Shown one piece after another: positions 26,769-37,000 of a stretch of 64,000 nucleotides of DNA (positions within the stretch are counted from its first letter, which is position 1; every line of letters begins with the position of its first letter). The notes under the pieces are model-generated. The model was not told where the DNA came from. It saw nothing but the letters and a program-made list of their open reading frames with translations, and made no database searches. A program made the position numbers and the translations under genes. The stretch lies in NCBI GenBank assembly GCA_030583785.1, contig CP129475.1, forward strand, positions 415,559 through 479,558, written 5' to 3'. This stretch comes from Candidatus Dojkabacteria bacterium (GTDB taxonomy: Bacteria; Patescibacteriota; Dojkabacteria; B142; OLB20).

Positions 26769-27975
26769 TTACTGTTGTCTCGAATGTTTCGCGATTTCGA
26801 AAAATACCAACTTGAACTTTTGAACCAATTTCGGATTTCTGAATTAAAGAGAATAAGCTTTGATTCTCAAGATCCTGACCAGCAAATTCAATAATAATAT
26901 CTCCTCGAGTGATACCAGCTAAAGCAGCTGGACTATCGGATAAGACTCTAAGAATTTCTGCTCCCACGGTAGAACGCCCATCAACAAATACTATTCTAAG
27001 CCTGTACTCAACACCTAGGTATGGAATTCTGAATTTGCCGAAGCGGTTTAGCTCGTCAATTCTATCTTTAATTCGATTAACAGGAATAGCAAAGGAAAGA
27101 TTATCAGCACCACTAATAGTTGCAAAATTCATTCCGATTACTTCTGCTGAAGTGTTTAATAGTGGCCCTCCTGAATTTCCGGGATTTATTGCAGCATCTG
27201 TTTGAATAACATCTTCATATGTTTGCACACCTGATGAAAAGAAACCTTCGGAAATCTGAACTTCACGATTAAGTCCGCTGATTATGCCACTTGTTACTGT
27301 TCCAGAGAATCGACCTAAGGGGTTACCAATTGCCACAACTGTTTGACCTTGAATTAGCTTTTGTGAATCTCCGAGAGGAAGTGGTTTGAGTCCAGATTGA
27401 TTGATTGTGATTAAGGCAATATCGTTTATTGGATCACGATGTATCTTTTCGACCGAAATAGGATTCTCGCTTTCGTTGAGAGTAACAAAATACTGGGCGT
27501 TCCTATCTTCTACAACATGCCTATTGGTAACAATTAACCCGTTTTCGGTTACAACAAAACCTGTTCCAATAACTCGATCTTCGGAAAAACTATCCCCTCT
27601 GATTCCAATAGCAACAACCGATGGACTTGCCGACTCAACCACAGAGGTAATCAACTGCTCCTGAGAAGTGATTGTTATTTGATCAGTCTTTTCTTGATAG
27701 CGATACTCTCCTTCTCCAACCGTTGACAGATTATAGTTTTCGCAAGTCAGATACTCCCATATTTGTGATTTCGGAAGAACGAGAGAACAAGTATATTTCT
27801 GTACATATCCAGCAAGCCAAAGCACAGAAACAACTCCGCAACAAATCGTTAATAGAAACAACACGAAAAAGACACAACCGAATCTGAATCTGCGTGAAGT
27901 TTTTTTTGCTGGCTTGGTACTTTCTTTGACCACATTATTTTCTGTTGAGATCTTTTCTGCGGTTTGCATAATCAA
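26749..27975 (-). CDS. HtrA/DegP-family trypsin-like serine protease with C-terminal PDZ domain, membrane anchored
   Basis: An N-terminal TM helix precedes the catalytic triad context (TNRHVV; DIALI; GNSGGPLLN) and a PDZ-like C-terminus (AEILRVLSDSPAALAGITRGDIIIEFAGQ). Confidence 0.85.
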   Translation of the reverse strand: MIMQTAEKISTENNVVKESTKPAKKTSRRFRFGCVFFVLFLLTICCGVVSVLWLAGYVQKYTCSLVLPKSQIWEYLTCENYNLSTVGEGEYRYQEKTDQITITSQEQLITSVVESASPSVVAIGIRGDSFSEDRVIGTGFVVTENGLIVTNRHVVEDRNAQYFVTLNESENPISVEKIHRDPINDIALITINQSGLKPLPLGDSQKLIQGQTVVAIGNPLGRFSGTVTSGIISGLNREVQISEGFFSSGVQTYEDVIQTDAAINPGNSGGPLLNTSAEVIGMNFATISGADNLSFAIPVNRIKDRIDELNRFGKFRIPYLGVEYRLRIVFVDGRSTVGAEILRVLSDSPAALAGITRGDIIIEFAGQDLENQSLFSLIQKSEIGSKVQVGIFRNRETFETTVTIAERE

Positions 27976-27998
27976 TTCATCTGTAAAAGATAAAATAA

Positions 27999-29228
27999 TT
28001 ATTTGATGTTCTTTAGTTCTTCAAGCGCCTTTGCATCCTGTTCTTCGTAATCATCTACTAGGATATCAGGCACGATTGGATCATCTTGATTAATGTTTTT
28101 ACCTGAAGGTGTCAACCATTTCTGGAAGACGAGCTGCAAAGTAGAACCATCTCTAAGCGTAATTAATCTTTGCTCAACTCCTTTACCTACAGTTTTCGAA
28201 CCTATTACTTTAGCTCGGTTATTATCAGAGATAGCACCTGCAAATATTTCTGAAGCAGATGCGCTTCCGTCGTTAACGATAACAACCATTGGCATATTAA
28301 GTAATCTTCCATCTCTATTAACTCGATGCTCAGTTTTGTTCCCACGGCGGTCTTCTTCACGGAAGATCATACTATTTCTGGGTAAGAATTCACCTAGAAC
28401 ATATTCAACCGAATTAACAAAACCTCCTGGGTTGTTTCTAACATCTACCACGATTCCTTTTGGATTCTTTGCAATTATTTGATCTACAATACTGTCCCAT
28501 TGCTTATTAAATGCTTCAACGGAGTCTTCTGTAAATTTATATATCTTTACTTTGAGATAACCGTCTTGAATATCTTCAATTACAATATTGTCTAGATCAA
28601 TTTTTGCCCTAGTTATTGTAACTTCATATCTTTTTGACGATTCTGGACGGAACAAAGCAAGAAGAACATCTGTTCCTGCCTGACCACGGATTGTTGCTGC
28701 AACTTCGTAAACGCTCTTACCCTGCATATCAGATCCATCAACCTCTAGAATGATGTCTCCAGGTTCAAGTCCAGCTTGTTTTGCGGGCGATCCATCTATA
28801 GGGCTTTCTACAGCCGCATACTCCCCTTCTTGTCTAAGAGTCGTTCCTATACCTTCAAACTCGCCTTTATTAGAACTAAGATATTGCTTAGTTTCTTCTG
28901 GAGTAAGAAAAGCTGTGTACTTGTCTCCAAGACCACTGACTAGTCCCTTAACTGCTCCATACAACAATTCCTGTCCATCTACCTCTTTGTTTATGTATTC
29001 TGCATCAATAAGTTCCCAAACTTCCCATAATAAGCCAAGATCAACTTGTTTAAACTCTTTTTTTGCTCCGGTAAGTTGATAATCAGATCTTGATGATCCT
29101 GTTGTGCTGTTTTGAGATTGAATATTCTGTGTTCCTAGATAGAAACCACCCAGGAAGAATCCGACAATTAAGATGAAAATCAGTAGTAAATAAGTAATAA
29201 ATTTTGTGTGTTTATCCATGTTATTCAT
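27999..29228 (-). CDS. Carboxyl-terminal processing protease (S41 family, CtpA/Prc-like) with PDZ domain
   Basis: An N-terminal TM helix precedes a PDZ (GLEPGDIILEVDGSDMQGKS) and the S41 catalytic region VVIVNDGSASASEIFAGAISD...KTVGKG (Ser/Lys dyad). Confidence 0.85.
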   Translation of the reverse strand: MNNMDKHTKFITYLLLIFILIVGFFLGGFYLGTQNIQSQNSTTGSSRSDYQLTGAKKEFKQVDLGLLWEVWELIDAEYINKEVDGQELLYGAVKGLVSGLGDKYTAFLTPEETKQYLSSNKGEFEGIGTTLRQEGEYAAVESPIDGSPAKQAGLEPGDIILEVDGSDMQGKSVYEVAATIRGQAGTDVLLALFRPESSKRYEVTITRAKIDLDNIVIEDIQDGYLKVKIYKFTEDSVEAFNKQWDSIVDQIIAKNPKGIVVDVRNNPGGFVNSVEYVLGEFLPRNSMIFREEDRRGNKTEHRVNRDGRLLNMPMVVIVNDGSASASEIFAGAISDNNRAKVIGSKTVGKGVEQRLITLRDGSTLQLVFQKWLTPSGKNINQDDPIVPDILVDDYEEQDAKALEELKNIK

Positions 29229-31119
29229 CTAAAGGTATAATATTGCCAATAAACGAAGAAGATACTTCGTCTTTCGAGCTAAGTAACAACTCGGTTCCTT
29301 CTTGGACACTTTCTATTCTAGCATAAGGGTATGAGCTTTTATAATCAAAAAAACGAACTCTATTACCTTTGATGAATTTTGCTTTACTAAGCTGAATTTC
29401 CTGATCATCTTCTTCGATTTTTGAGGCAGAAGTTACCTTAAATTTCAATTTTTCTCTCTCAAATATCAACTCATTGTTTTGAATTACAACAAATTGTCCA
29501 AGCAAGCTTCGAATTAATCTAGTTTCCTTGGCTGACATTTGAATTCCAGGTTCCCTTATTATTACCAGATCACAGTACTTCCAGACAGAATTCCCCAAGA
29601 TTCTTCGTATCGATAATGTATCATTAACAGCAGGAACAATAACAACCCTAATAGAATATTTGAGAACATCCTCTATACTCGGAAAGGCTCCATCATCGTG
29701 ATACAGGACCTTAGGGACAAAAGGAGCATCTGTTGTGTAATTTTGAACAATCTTTCCAAAGACCGATTCAGATGTGGACAAAAACAAGGGAAAACTCGAG
29801 GCACTATTCGGCTTTATCGCTAGACCTCTTTTTGGATAAACTGCCGAAATCTCACCAGAAAAAGGTGAAGAAACATCATAAATAATCTTTTGTCTAATTT
29901 GAACAATATTTTCTTCTGCGAGCAAAGAGTAATCAACTCTTCCAAAGTGTAATTTGTTTTCTTTTCTTCCAAGTAGCTTATTTTTCGAAAATAAGTCTTC
30001 CCCCTCTTTAAAAAATTCGCCATCACTAAGTCTTAATTTATCCCTTTTCGTGTCTACTCGAACTGCATCACCAACATAATCAGCTTCGAGTTTTACTAGA
30101 GCAGCATTTTTCTCTACCTTATCGCCAGGATTTATATAATGTTCTGAATTTAGTACATTAGGGTGAATAAGTCTGACTTCTTCTACTCGATTATTTACAA
30201 AGATTTGTTTTAAATAACAATAATTATTCTTGTTAAAATCTTTGTACCCAGTTCTGTGTATATATTTACTAAAAGTCGCGCTATCCATTTCAGATATTCT
30301 AGGCAAAGGAAATTCGGACAGGTAAACATATTCGGACAACAATCGATTATTATATGAATACCCCATGTTTCCACTAAAGAGTTGGATTCCACTACCATCA
30401 TTGACGAGCACCCTCTCACCCTCAGAGGAATTAAATGCGTATTTGGACAATTTCGATTTAATACTTGGTTTGTTTATCCAGGTTAACTGTGGAATAAAAG
30501 CACGATTATGAAGGTAAGATACAGGATTTTCTCGCTTAACCTTTGATACAGAAAGAGTTTCGAAAATTGCCATCTTATCGATAAATACCCTAGCATCCTG
30601 ATTGCCTAATAAGACACACAGAATCTGAATAATTAGAATCCCATCCAGCCAACCACTCCAAAGCATCTCCCCACCAATAGCTACCTCTGTAAAAGAAGTG
30701 TTCTCAAATTGTATAGGAGGTAACTTTGATAATAGTTCTTCGAGTATAAGCGAATTAACCTTACGATCTTCATGGTTGTATGTTAATACAGGATTAGTAA
30801 AGTATCTAGAAACAACCGCCTGTGCATCAATCTTATTCTTTTTTTGCCTAGATAATGCGTCTACGATAAGCTCCTCGCTAATTTCTAACTCGAATATCTC
30901 TTCACCAAGAACCAACAACCATTTATCAAAATTCATCTGCAAGTAGAGTTCATACTGACCAACCTGTGACAATAGTTTGCGAATGTTGTCGATCCTAGCC
31001 TCATTATTTGACCTCCTGCCTATGCTGGAGGCAACGATTGAATTACTTTCGAGGAATACTTCAAAATCAGAATACGGCCTTGAATATTTGTTTAATCGCC
31101 TCGATATTTGCCAAGGCAC
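29221..31119 (-). CDS. Hypothetical 632-aa protein with one predicted TM helix (about residues 150-175) and a possible biotin-lipoyl/HlyD-like beta segment
   Basis: The TM helix is MLWSGWLDGILIIQILCVLLG. The segment HYINPGDKVEKNAALVKLEADY...FSGEISAVYPKRG loosely resembles membrane-fusion-protein beta-barrel halves. No catalytic motif is recognised. Confidence 0.35.
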   Translation of the reverse strand: MPWQISRRLNKYSRPYSDFEVFLESNSIVASSIGRRSNNEARIDNIRKLLSQVGQYELYLQMNFDKWLLVLGEEIFELEISEELIVDALSRQKKNKIDAQAVVSRYFTNPVLTYNHEDRKVNSLILEELLSKLPPIQFENTSFTEVAIGGEMLWSGWLDGILIIQILCVLLGNQDARVFIDKMAIFETLSVSKVKRENPVSYLHNRAFIPQLTWINKPSIKSKLSKYAFNSSEGERVLVNDGSGIQLFSGNMGYSYNNRLLSEYVYLSEFPLPRISEMDSATFSKYIHRTGYKDFNKNNYCYLKQIFVNNRVEEVRLIHPNVLNSEHYINPGDKVEKNAALVKLEADYVGDAVRVDTKRDKLRLSDGEFFKEGEDLFSKNKLLGRKENKLHFGRVDYSLLAEENIVQIRQKIIYDVSSPFSGEISAVYPKRGLAIKPNSASSFPLFLSTSESVFGKIVQNYTTDAPFVPKVLYHDDGAFPSIEDVLKYSIRVVIVPAVNDTLSIRRILGNSVWKYCDLVIIREPGIQMSAKETRLIRSLLGQFVVIQNNELIFEREKLKFKVTSASKIEEDDQEIQLSKAKFIKGNRVRFFDYKSSYPYARIESVQEGTELLLSSKDEVSSSFIGNIIPLDE

Positions 31120-31295
31120 TCGAAATACTGAAGAGGAATCATTTATTGGAGTGTAGCCTTTTACAGCAGAACCCGTTAGATGAAGTGAATAACCGAAAAA
31201 CTTTCCCCAGATAAGGATTTCTTTATAGTTTCTAACGAAACCATGAATTTGGCTAGTGGACAGTTGTTTGATTTTGAGATAACGCTAATTCTTTA

Positions 31296-31541
31296 TTATA
31301 TCAGCTCATTGTATGGTAAGAGAGCCATGTATCTTGCTTTCTTTACCTCTAAAGCTAATTTCCTTTGGCACCTTGGACTTACACCTGTTCGCTCAGGGGG
31401 GAGCATTCTCCCTCTGGTAGTAACAAATTTTTTAAGTCTATAAACATCTTTATAATCAATTAGTTCTGTTCTACCACGAAATGGGCATGAAGGTTTTTTG
31501 AAGCGCTTTAGCTGTTTTCTTTTTTTTAGTGTCTTTGCCAT
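31296..31541 (-). CDS. rpsR: 30S ribosomal protein S18
   Basis: [59 protein letters not shown] matches S18. Confidence 0.9.
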   Translation of the reverse strand: MAKTLKKRKQLKRFKKPSCPFRGRTELIDYKDVYRLKKFVTTRGRMLPPERTGVSPRCQRKLALEVKKARYMALLPYNELI

Positions 31542-31558
31542 TAGTAATTAATTAGAGA

Positions 31559-32059
31559 TTAAAAAAGATCGTCTTCTTCGTCGTCATTTGTAGTTACTTT
31601 TTCTTCGTTACTCTTGACTGAAGTATTATCGTTTGTTGTTTGATCGTCCGCAATAACAATATCTTCTTCTGCTGAGTCGCCCTCTGATCTTGCTGCATCA
31701 ATACCTATTCCTTTTTTTCCTTTGTCATCAAGAAGCTTCATATCATTAACCTTGATCTCTGTTTTGTATCTTCTGCCTCCAGTGCTGTCTTCCCATGTTC
31801 GAGTTCTAAGTTCTCCTTCTATCCAGACCAACATTCCAGTTGATAATATTTGTGCGCAAATCTCGGCAAGTTTATTCCATGCTACAACATTATGAAATTC
31901 TGTTCTTTCCTGTAGATTACCGTTACTGTCTTTCCATGAGTCGTTTGTTGCTACACCGAAAGTGCAAACTGTTGCATTATTTGAAGTACTTCTAAGTACT
32001 GGGTTTCTAGTAAGATTACCAATCAATAGAACTTTGTTTAGTGATCGTGAGGTTGCCAT
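31559..32059 (-). CDS. ssb: Single-stranded DNA-binding protein
   Basis: An OB-fold (NKVLLIGNLTRNPVLRST...TEFHNVVAWNKLAEIC...GMLVWIEGELRTRTWED) is followed by a disordered acidic tail ending EEDDLF (the SSB C-terminal tip). Confidence 0.85.
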   Translation of the reverse strand: MATSRSLNKVLLIGNLTRNPVLRSTSNNATVCTFGVATNDSWKDSNGNLQERTEFHNVVAWNKLAEICAQILSTGMLVWIEGELRTRTWEDSTGGRRYKTEIKVNDMKLLDDKGKKGIGIDAARSEGDSAEEDIVIADDQTTNDNTSVKSNEEKVTTNDDEEDDLF

Positions 32060-32081
32060 CTGTTCTTCGTATAATAATTAA

Positions 32082-32363
32082 TTAATCAATTTTTGTAAGC
32101 AGAAACCTGAGAATATCGTTCATTAACTTGAGTTCATTCTGGAACTTTGCTGCGTGTCCAGGATCAAGTTCAAGGGTGTAAACAAGATAGTAGCCTTCTT
32201 CGTGCTTTTCTATCTCATAGGCAAGATGTCGTTTTCCCCAAACATCGATATTAGTAATAGTACCCTTAGCTTTTTTAACATGGGCTTCAATCTTCTTCTG
32301 GATACCAGCTCGAATATCTTCTGGAAGAAGAGGTTTTAAGATGATCATCAATTCGTATTTCAT
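32082..32363 (-). CDS. rpsF: 30S ribosomal protein S6
   Basis: MKYELMIILKP...GTITNIDVWGKRHLAYEI...GYYLVYTLE matches S6, in the classic rpsF-ssb-rpsR order. Confidence 0.85.
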   Translation of the reverse strand: MKYELMIILKPLLPEDIRAGIQKKIEAHVKKAKGTITNIDVWGKRHLAYEIEKHEEGYYLVYTLELDPGHAAKFQNELKLMNDILRFLLTKID

Positions 32364-32489
32364 GCTTTTCTAACCTTTAAATCATTAAATTAAGTAATAT
32401 ATCTAGGTCAAAAGTATGGATGCAATCATAACACACTTTTGCATAAAATTGAACAAATTCATTGCAATTTTATTGGCAGAGAGCAGTTA

Positions 32490-33212
32490 TTAGTTTCTAC
32501 TAATTTGAGTATTGTATACTCCTCTTTCTACAATTGTTGCCTGACCTGCAGATGTCCGAACCAAAAGAATGAGTTGTTGCTCGGCAAAGATAGCAATTAT
32601 ATCACCTGCCTTAGCCTTTGCATAGAATTCTGGATCTTGTTTCTGTAGAACTGTAGGGTCTGTAACTACAGACATTTGAGGATTGGCATCTGTATTCTGT
32701 GAGATCAATCCTGCAGAAACAGCTGCATTCACGACACTATCTCGTAATGCCTGCTGATTCTTATTAAGAAGTACTCCAGGACTTTCACCTTGGTAAATGA
32801 TTTCTCCGGTTTCTCTTCGATAGATTACCATCTTATCTGAAAAACCAAGCACATAGTCACCATTATTGGCATTGGCATACACCTCTGCCTGAATAGAATT
32901 TGCCTTTCTTAGGCTTTCTGCATCGGCAACAACACTTACAACAGGGTTCTCGAAAGGATTGACCTGTACTAACGCAGCAACCTCTTCAGTTACTTGCTGT
33001 GTAAGATTTTTTTCTGCCAAGTATGGAGGATTTATTGTTAAAACAATATTAATTACCAACAATATAATAATTATCAAAACCGAGGGAACAAGAATCGTAT
33101 GAGCACTGATTTTGATGCCCTTTCGTTGTTGTTGATTCATTCCATAGTGTTGATTCATCGAATCATTCGGCAGATTTGGTTGTTGCATATATACGGGATA
33201 ATAATTACCCAT
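32490..33212 (-). CDS. Hypothetical membrane-anchored protein, paralogous to 33531..34016, containing two copies of a ~45-aa motif
   Basis: A Gln/Asn-rich N-terminus and TM helix (ILVPSVLIIIILLVINIVLTI) are followed by motif copies ...EVYANANNGDYVLGFSDKMVIYRRETGEIIYQGES and ...EFYAKAKAGDIIAIFAEQQLILLVRTSAGQATIVERG. Confidence 0.45.
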   Translation of the reverse strand: MGNYYPVYMQQPNLPNDSMNQHYGMNQQQRKGIKISAHTILVPSVLIIIILLVINIVLTINPPYLAEKNLTQQVTEEVAALVQVNPFENPVVSVVADAESLRKANSIQAEVYANANNGDYVLGFSDKMVIYRRETGEIIYQGESPGVLLNKNQQALRDSVVNAAVSAGLISQNTDANPQMSVVTDPTVLQKQDPEFYAKAKAGDIIAIFAEQQLILLVRTSAGQATIVERGVYNTQISRN

Positions 33213-33263
33213 AAACTATAACCATTTGCAAATATCAAGTCAATGAGGATCTAAAGAAGAAAA

Positions 33264-33294
33264 AAAATCACGTAGTGCAAGTACGTGATTTTTA
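33264..33294. terminator. Perfect 12-bp inverted repeat hairpin (AAAAATCACGTA gtgcaag TACGTGATTTTT) flanked by A-run and T-run; candidate bidirectional rho-independent terminator
   Basis: The stem-loop is read directly from the sequence. On the minus strand it is followed by TTTTTTTT, consistent with terminating the 33531..34016/giant-gene transcript. Confidence 0.5.
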
Positions 33295-33530
33295 TATACA
33301 AGAAAGGCAAAAAGTTTACCTTAAGGCAGTCAGAATAGTTAAAAATGCGAATATGTAAATATTATGTATTAGCTAGAAAAGCGTGTCAATATTTACAACA
33401 ATAAAAATTGAGAAAATAATCCAAAATACCAAATATCCGTGTATAGCAATTAAATAGACCACAAGTATACTACAAGTATATTCAGGTAAAAAGGCATTAT
33501 TGATTGAGTATTATTTTTATACAAACAATA

Positions 33531-34016
33531 CTATTCTTCGAGGGTTGGGGTTGGAGTTGCCACCTCAAGGTCCGATCTTTTGATTGGCACAATAGCAATT
33601 ATAATATCTTGGGATTCTCTATAAATAACTGCTTTATCTGAGTAGACCAATAGCCGATCACCGTTCTGTGCATAAAAATAAAAGTTTGGATTAGAGAGTT
33701 TTAGCTGTTCGATATCAGATATAGTTGCTACTGTGGGCTTCTCGTCGTCTGGAATAAGGAGTTTTTTAGCGACATTTTGCGCAACATCATTGTTTTTTAT
33801 CGATTCACCGGCAACTTCACCCTGTGTTGTTTGGTCCTCTGCCTGACCAAGATAGCCGTTACTAAGCAGAAACGAATGGCTTAACCAACCTGCAACAAAA
33901 AGTATAACTGCCAAAGTAAGGCGCAAAATCAAATCTACAGTATTTGCTGACTGATTCTTACCTAACGATGAGACAATTGTTCTTTGGTACTCTGCTCCGT
34001 ACATAGTTTTGATCAA
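33531..34016 (-). CDS. Hypothetical membrane-anchored protein, paralog of 32490..33212, immediately downstream (40 bp) of the giant gene
   Basis: A TM helix (LAVILFVAGWLSHSFLL) is followed by a motif copy NFYFYAQNGDRLLVYSDKAVIYRESQDIIIAIVPI, aligning with NGDYVLGFSDKMVIYRRETGEIIY in the paralog. Confidence 0.45.
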   Translation of the reverse strand: MIKTMYGAEYQRTIVSSLGKNQSANTVDLILRLTLAVILFVAGWLSHSFLLSNGYLGQAEDQTTQGEVAGESIKNNDVAQNVAKKLLIPDDEKPTVATISDIEQLKLSNPNFYFYAQNGDRLLVYSDKAVIYRESQDIIIAIVPIKRSDLEVATPTPTLEE

Positions 34017-34055
34017 CTAATCATACTATATATCTTTTAATTGCTTTTTGGGAAG

Positions 34056-37000
34056 CTAATTTATTATGAAGTAGTTAAATATTGTATCAGTATCAATTGA
34101 GTTTTCGATTTCTATCGTAAACCCGACACCTGGTTTAATATTTACAACCCTATATTGGACAAATTGGTTTGCAGTAAGTTGAACAATTGAATCTGAATTT
34201 ACCTGAATGTTGTTAACCTCTACTCTAACAGACCCGGCTGAAATAACTGCCTTACCGGCAGCCTGATTCTGCCCTGTTCCAAGAGATAGTTTTCTTTCTA
34301 TCAATAAGCTGTTTGTAACAGCTTCGTTAGCGTAAAAGACTCCTAGAACATCAAGATCACCTTCTACGACTAGAGCACCTTTTACTACTAACTGATCAAT
34401 CGAGATTGCTAATGAAGTACTACCAGGATTATCGATAATCTCAAATAGATTATCTCCATTTGCTAAGGTAAATGATTCGATTTGCAGAGCAGAGATTCCG
34501 TTGTTTCTTTCTCCAAAGACTTCACTGCCAACATATATTGGAGACACATAGGCATTGATTCTTCCAATTTCTGGTAGAACTGTTGCTTCTTCTTGAATCA
34601 TCTCTGCCAGAATTCTTGCTTTCTCATCCTCAATATTAAGTTCCTTGTAGAGTTCATTATTAACTAGATTTAACAAAGTCTGTGCGTCCTCGTTACTAAG
34701 CCCCTGTCTGATTAACTCATCAATATAATCATAAGCTTCTATTTTGTAATTAACTATGTTTTCACGAACCAGCTCGGAATCTCCAGCAGTGAAGAATGTC
34801 GAGTCAAAATCCTCGAGCGCTCTACCAACAACCATGCCAGGTTTTGTTGCTCTCATTACATATCCAGGAATGGATGCTGGAGCAAGGAAATCACCTCGTT
34901 TTATCGGACCGTTTTCTTCCGAGATATATACTATGCTTGATCCTCTCATTAATGTTGGGACAGATGCAGTCGACCCATTAACTAGCTTATCGATGTTCAC
35001 CTTTGGAGAAACTGAAGCAACACCAGCTATTAGATTTGAATTCAAGTTGTTAGACTTAGATACCTCAAGAGGATTATCTGTGTAAGAAACAACTTGACCC
35101 GGCAAGACTAGCTCTTCTTCTTTGGCGAAGAACATTTCGTTAGTCGATTCAACAGAGATTGTGTTGTTGATCACAATTGGGTCAATTGGTTTGATTATTG
35201 GCGCTTCTGATTGATCTGGAGCTTCAATCTCGGGGTCGAAAGCTAAACTAGAACTGTCTTCACCCATTACGAACTCTGGAATTCCATCTCCGTCTGCATC
35301 GAATTCGAACTTGCCTGTTTCAGGATTAAATCTAATAACACCATATCCGTTGCTACCAATTGCTATAGAATTTTCATCTGATGGGTCGAACCAAGTATTA
35401 TTGATCATCACTAGAATGCTTATCTTGCCCGATTCTTTTGTCCAAGCTTCCAGAGCTGTTCCGATAATCATACCTCTGCTTGTTGCTTTCTGTCCTCTAC
35501 CTGCATTCGATGATACCGAGATAGGATCACCGATAGAAATATCCTGCGATTCTGTAGATATTTTGACGGGGACTCTTCCTGCCAAGGCAAGCGGTTTGAA
35601 GTAAGCCAAATCTAGTTTATTATCTGGTGTAGATGGGTTTAGTACCAACCCTGGATTTGTTGAAATAATTCCCAATACATTATTCCGTGAAGAAGTTGTT
35701 GCTTTTTCAACAAGAAATCTATTGTACAGATTCTCGTCTTCGTGTTGCTTGTTTGATACGCTGACGATATCGCCTGCACTTATTGATGTATCATCGGTTT
35801 TGACATATTCTGCAATGTCCGGAGTACCCGAACCGTTAGTCATATCAACCCATTCATAGTTGTTCGAAGAATTCTGTCTGCACAAGTAGATTGAACCATT
35901 CTCCCCAGAGTCCCGATTATAGATAGTAGTGCCAACGGTTGAAGAATCGCATGTAGGAGCATTACCTGTCGCTACATTAGCATATACTATTCCAGCAGAT
36001 GTTCCTGAGATGACTATATTTCCACTCACAGTGATTGAATCACTTAGTTGAAACTCACTGTCAGTGCCGTTCCACTTCAATGTTTCTGTATTTGTTCCCC
36101 CGAAGTTGATTGTGATATCACCTGAAGCAGTTGTATCTTGATCTGTCTGGAGATAAAGGTCACCATCTGTGAAGATTCCTCCTTCAACCCCTAAAAGGCC
36201 TGCCACAAACATATCATCTCCAGATAACGAGAAACTACCGTGAGCAATGGTTGATGTTGCACTTGTTGAAGCACCAACGATTAAATCGCCTCCCACATAA
36301 ACACGGTCTCCAACTTCAAGGTCATCTGTGACTCGCATATCACCTGCAGATGGAGTACTTACATAGCTAAATGCAGCATCTGCACCAATTATTATTGCTT
36401 CTGTATTTGAGAAATATCCGTTTGTTCCATTGGTCCATAGTGCGCCTGCCAGGAGATCAATATTTGATGATCCATTATAGAAATAGAGGTTCGTTCCGTT
36501 CCACCATAGATCTCCATTAACAGGTGCAGATGGATTCACACCAGATGAAGATGATAGATTAATCTGAGCACTTGCTGTTGTTGCTGCTTTGATATCTAAC
36601 CAAGCATCTGGATTCTGTACACCAATTCCGACCCTATCTGTCCCACCAGATGCATTGATCAGATACGAATCGGTATCGCCCTCAATTATAAAATCTACAG
36701 CAGCACCATTTTGGTTAAATACAAAGTTTGCATCATTGAGTTCAAGAGTATCTGCGTTCGTATATTCGAGTCTTCCAGTGTTGCCATTTGCAGAATAGAA
36801 ATCGATTTTTCCATTTGATCCTGAACCGACACCAACTCTCACCAGATTATTGTTTACATCAACACTAAAGGCAGCAGTAAGTCCAGTACCGCCAATTGCA
36901 AAGTTATCTGTGGTACTAGTTAGATATGTAACCGTACCTGCATCAGTCAAGAGTGGATTGAATCCGCAGTTGGGTTGACTTGCATTACAAACCAATTTAT

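Noticed and set aside
31243-31443. Plus-strand 66-aa ORF overlapping rpsR
   Set aside because: It is antisense to a clearly conserved S18 gene and has no protein-like features.
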